The notes under the pieces were generated by a model that worked only from the letters and a program-made list of their open reading frames with translations, searched no databases and was not told the DNA's origin. A stretch of DNA of 63,917 bases, filler included, from Candidatus Rokuibacteriota bacterium (lineage in GTDB: Bacteria > JAUVQV01 > DATDCY01): the NCBI GenBank assembly GCA_031406795.1. It is 11 parts of 11 records of this genome, joined end to end, with 100 filler letters (N's around TTAATTAATTAA, not from the genome) between each part and the next. Parts side by side here need not be neighbours in the genome. Positions count along the whole stretch, not along the records: positions 60,180 to 63,917 come from JANOHV010000159.1; 10 more parts are not named here. One strand, 5' to 3'. Of the stretch, positions 60,862 to 63,917 are shown one piece after another (the first letter of the stretch is position 1; each line of letters starts with the position of its first letter). The translations under genes and the position numbers were made by a program.

Positions 60862-61267
60862 GTTTCTCCTCGTAGGCGCCTACGCCCTCGCCGCCCACGG
60901 AGCGCCCCGGGCGACTGGCGACCTCGATCTCTGGGTACGCCCGAGCACAGAAAACTCCCGTCGGACGTGGCGGGCGCTGGTGGTGTTTGGGGCGCCACTC
61001 GAGAACCTTACTCAGACCGATCTGTTGACTCCCGGCACGGTAATCCAGATCGGTCGCGAGCCACGCCGCATCGACCTGCTGACCGCAATTGACGGCGTCG
61101 AGTTCGACGAGGCCTGGGACGCGAGAAACGAGATCCAGGTCGACGGAATGACGATTTCGGTGATCGGCCGCGACGAGTTCCTCAGAAACAAGCGCGCGAG
61201 CGGCAGACTCAAGGACTTGGCCGACGTCGAGCGACTCGAGAACTTTGATGGCTCGGAGTCACGTTGA
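60806..61267 (+). CDS. Nucleotidyltransferase-family protein (DUF6036/AbiEii-like)
   Basis: LVGAYALAAHG.PRATGDLD and NKRASGRLKDLADVE motifs. Confidence 0.85.
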   Translation: MLNPDYRDILSAFSAEKVEFLLVGAYALAAHGAPRATGDLDLWVRPSTENSRRTWRALVVFGAPLENLTQTDLLTPGTVIQIGREPRRIDLLTAIDGVEFDEAWDARNEIQVDGMTISVIGRDEFLRNKRASGRLKDLADVERLENFDGSESR

Positions 61268-61555
61268 GGCCCCGCAGGGCAACCGTCACGGCTCGTCGTC
61301 GCTCGGGATGCCGTTACCGGATTTGCACGCGGGATTTCCTTCTGTCCTGCCGGTGGGCTTTGGACAGGTGAGAATTGTGTCGCGGTGGCATTGCAGATGT
61401 GTGTTGACCGTCGCAAGCGGCGGGTTCTCTGTCGGGAGCTGCGTCTCCATCTTCCCGCGGTCCCTCACTCACTGGGTAACAGTGGCCATTTTCCCGGGCT
61501 TCGCACCCGTTCCCAAGGCCTCGGACTTACTTGGCGCTACAGCGTGATCGGTCAG

Positions 61556-62386
61556 CTACAACGCCTGGTTGGCCGTCCTCTTTGTTGCGTGCACTGAGCT
61601 TAGAACCGACTGCCCCCCACCGATGATGTTGCCACGGTCCACGAGTTCGGGCCATTCCGGGTGTTTCGCGCTGCGCAGATCAATTGGAATCTCAGTCTCG
61701 TGATCAATATCTGTGCTCGTGAATGGCGACAGGTCAGATAGGCCCTCATACGAAGTCAGGTTCGTGACCAAATATGCTACCGGGAAGTACTTGAGGATAC
61801 TGAAGAACCCCCAACTATTGAAGTTGCCGCGATGACTGGGCATGACAACATCCCTGACAACAATGATGTTCGGGTGAGGATAGAGCCAGTACAGTATTCG
61901 AAGCTCCGGTGGCAAGGATTCAGCGGGGTTACGTACGTACCTCCGCATTGAGACATCTGCGGTGGTGCTCTCCGGCTCGCCCTTGGCTGCAAGCAAGTGG
62001 CCAAGGATTGCCCTGGCGAGCCGATTCGGTTTGATTCTGTGATGAACGATTGGAGGTAAAGCGAGTGAGGTCTTGAGGTAAAGTCCAACACCGGTCGCGA
62101 ACTCGATCAGGGTTGGGTCATACTCGGACCCGAGAGAGCTGTTGCAGTCCCTGCATATCGTACGGTACTTGACCCCATTTTGTGATATTGCGACCTTCTG
62201 AAGGGCTCCGCCAGTTGCGGTCATGTGCTGGAGAATGTTGCGCTGGTCAACGGGTGACAGGTCAAGACTACCCTTTGGAGGAACATGGTCCCAAGAGAGC
62301 GGTTCGCTGTGCTCACAGATGTTGCACGTAGAGATCTTGTCTCGTTTGACCTTTACGTAGTACTCGTGAGGAATGTTCTTCATCAT
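61556..62386 (-). CDS. HNH-endonuclease-like protein (lower GC)
   Basis: CNIC...SWDHVPPK...TICRDCNSSLG Zn/HNH pattern. Confidence 0.65.
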   Translation of the reverse strand: MMKNIPHEYYVKVKRDKISTCNICEHSEPLSWDHVPPKGSLDLSPVDQRNILQHMTATGGALQKVAISQNGVKYRTICRDCNSSLGSEYDPTLIEFATGVGLYLKTSLALPPIVHHRIKPNRLARAILGHLLAAKGEPESTTADVSMRRYVRNPAESLPPELRILYWLYPHPNIIVVRDVVMPSHRGNFNSWGFFSILKYFPVAYLVTNLTSYEGLSDLSPFTSTDIDHETEIPIDLRSAKHPEWPELVDRGNIIGGGQSVLSSVHATKRTANQAL

Positions 62387-62523
62387 TTCTTTTCAGGCCA
62401 ACGTTGAATTAGAACGCTGCGGCTTAATCCGGTCGTACCCGCCGCGGCAATATCCAGCCCTGGCGGTGGCGGCCGAGCATGCCGTGACTCTCCCGGTAAT
62501 AAACTCGTCAGAACATGACCGCA

Positions 62524-62833
62524 TTGCTCGCTCCAAGTATGAAGATTTCCCCCGCCCTCGGAGGCTGCGACACGCTGCGCTCTTCGACAATATGCCCAAC
62601 GGATACGGGGATCAATCGTATATTCACCAGCGAGGCGGCTGGGACTCTCCTGAGGGAGATGGCGCGGAGCCGCCGTTAAGCCCGGGAGCGCGGCCGGGGC
62701 GGTCCCGCAGGGACGCGAGCTCGTTGTTTGAGCCGAAGGCGAGTTACGAGACCGCGAGCCCCGGCCACGATCCCGGGCAGGCGGCGCAGACGCACGATCG
62801 AAGGAGGGTCCCCGCCGCCTCGCGCACGGGAAC
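62524..62833 (+). repeat. About 310-bp direct repeat, copy 1 (about 100-bp unique part plus MITE copy B)
   Basis: Nearly identical to 63731-63917, with three substitutions visible in the shared part. Confidence 0.92.
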
Positions 62834-62900
62834 CAGTGCAGTCAGACGTAGATGAACACCTTCACGTACGCCATCACGAGGCCTGCGAGCGGCTGGCTTC

Positions 62901-63653
62901 TTACCGCTGCAGTCGAGATCCTGTCCAGTACGAGGGTTCCTTCATGCGGATTTCATTCGCCAGGCTCTCCATCGCGGTGTGGAGACCCTCGCCCACCAGG
63001 TCCGCGAATTTTTCGTACCCGGAATAGCCGTAGTACGCACCGACGAACATCCGCCCGGAGCCCTCCACCGCGTGCGACCAAACGATGACGTCATCGGACG
63101 CCCGCCGCATCTCCAACGCAAATGAAACCGAGTACTCGCAAATATCGGACGGCAGCCCCGCCAAACCCATCAGAAGTTGCATTTCCGGCAGCATCCCGAC
63201 AAATGACAAGCCGTAGGTGAGGTTCTTCCGCACGAAGCGCGTCGTGGTCACACTCCCGCTCACGATCAAATCGACATCGCTCTCGGCAGCCCCGCCATCA
63301 TAGACAACATCCTGGAAGAAGCGATTCTGCCGCAGTTCACTGACCACAGCCTGAGGGAAGTCCTCCGCAGGATTGAACGAAAAGAACGGAAGGGCGCCGG
63401 TGCCTTCCGGGCGGTCGTACGTCTTCGTGCCGTACGGCACGAGGGGGACAAGTGCGAGCAGAAAGCGATCGACGACCTTGTTTCCCCTGAGATCCTCGAA
63501 AGATCTCACGGCAACCTTGAGCGGAAGGGGTGTTGCTGCCAAATCGTCCGAGACCGGTTTGCCGGGTTTGTACACAAAAGTTGTCGCGCACCCCGCAACC
63601 TGCAACAGGAGCACTGCGGCGAGAGTGCAGCGCATGCGACCCACCCGCTTCAT
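62901..63653 (-). CDS. Lipoprotein of unknown function
   Basis: GGAG RBS, signal peptide with lipobox VAGC, and KVAVRSFEDLR. Confidence 0.75.
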   Translation of the reverse strand: MKRVGRMRCTLAAVLLLQVAGCATTFVYKPGKPVSDDLAATPLPLKVAVRSFEDLRGNKVVDRFLLALVPLVPYGTKTYDRPEGTGALPFFSFNPAEDFPQAVVSELRQNRFFQDVVYDGGAAESDVDLIVSGSVTTTRFVRKNLTYGLSFVGMLPEMQLLMGLAGLPSDICEYSVSFALEMRRASDDVIVWSHAVEGSGRMFVGAYYGYSGYEKFADLVGEGLHTAMESLANEIRMKEPSYWTGSRLQR

Positions 63654-63730
63654 AACCATCTCCACAGAGAAATACTCGGACGGCAGGGCACCCCACGTCG
63701 CCTCTGAGCCGCCAGGTGGCTTACGGCTGT

Positions 63731-63917
63731 TTGCTCGCTCCAAGTATGAAGATTTCGCCCGCCCTCGGAGGCTGCGACACGCTGCACTCTTCGACCATAT
63801 GCCCAACGGATACGGGGATCAATCGTATATTCACCAGCGAGGCGGCTGGGACTCTCCTGAGGGAGATGGCGCGGAGCCGCCGTTAAGCCCGGGAGCGCGG
63901 CCGGGGCGGTCCCGCAG
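63731..63917 (+). repeat. Direct repeat, copy 2 (truncated by the window end)
   Basis: Matches 62524-62710. Confidence 0.92.

Noticed and set aside
62524-63917. Possible CRISPR array
   Set aside because: Repeats are about 310 bp and separated by a whole gene. No 25-45 bp repeat-spacer periodicity and no cas genes.

Overview
This window is not one continuous locus. It is 11 contigs joined by artificial N...TTAATTAATTAA...N linkers (about 4851-4950, 14889-14988, 22979-23078, 26211-26310, 31221-31320, 38955-39054, 46677-46775, 50761-50860, 55805-55904, 60080-60179), so adjacency across a linker means nothing. The DNA is mostly very GC-rich and looks like a draft or metagenome-assembled bacterial genome; a Deltaproteobacteria/NC10-like source is inferred from gene content only. 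Contig contents: (1) a type II fatty-acid/polyketide-like cluster (ACP, GcvT-like protein, thioesterase, FabG, FabD) plus a radical SAM gene; (2) pyrE/rpe, an Rrf2-metY-cysK sulfur locus followed by decayed cysT/cysA/mnmA/sulfite-reductase fragments, and czcA; (3) a lower-GC serine-recombinase island inserted in comM carrying XRE/ImmA/DUF2188/DUF1508, then yraN, relA/spoT and rplQ; (4 and 9) a metF-linked split glutamate synthase operon whose two halves can be rejoined across a fold-back artefact, then vapBC and a SNF2 helicase; (5) a giant exported protein; (6) pilC/pilS/pilR, a GT-C/TPR glycosyltransferase and icd; (7) gmhA, copZ, MFS, 5'-nucleotidase, SGNH and recD2; (8) a Na,K-ATPase-like P-type pump coupled to two TrkA proteins; (10) a periplasmic binding protein and an HD-GYP protein; (11) a repeat-punctuated accessory region with a MITE family, an inverted-duplicated nucleotidyltransferase module and an integron-cassette-like HNH gene. 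Several unrelated REP/MITE families and many apparently leaderless promoters are visible. All product calls come from recognised motifs, not database searches.
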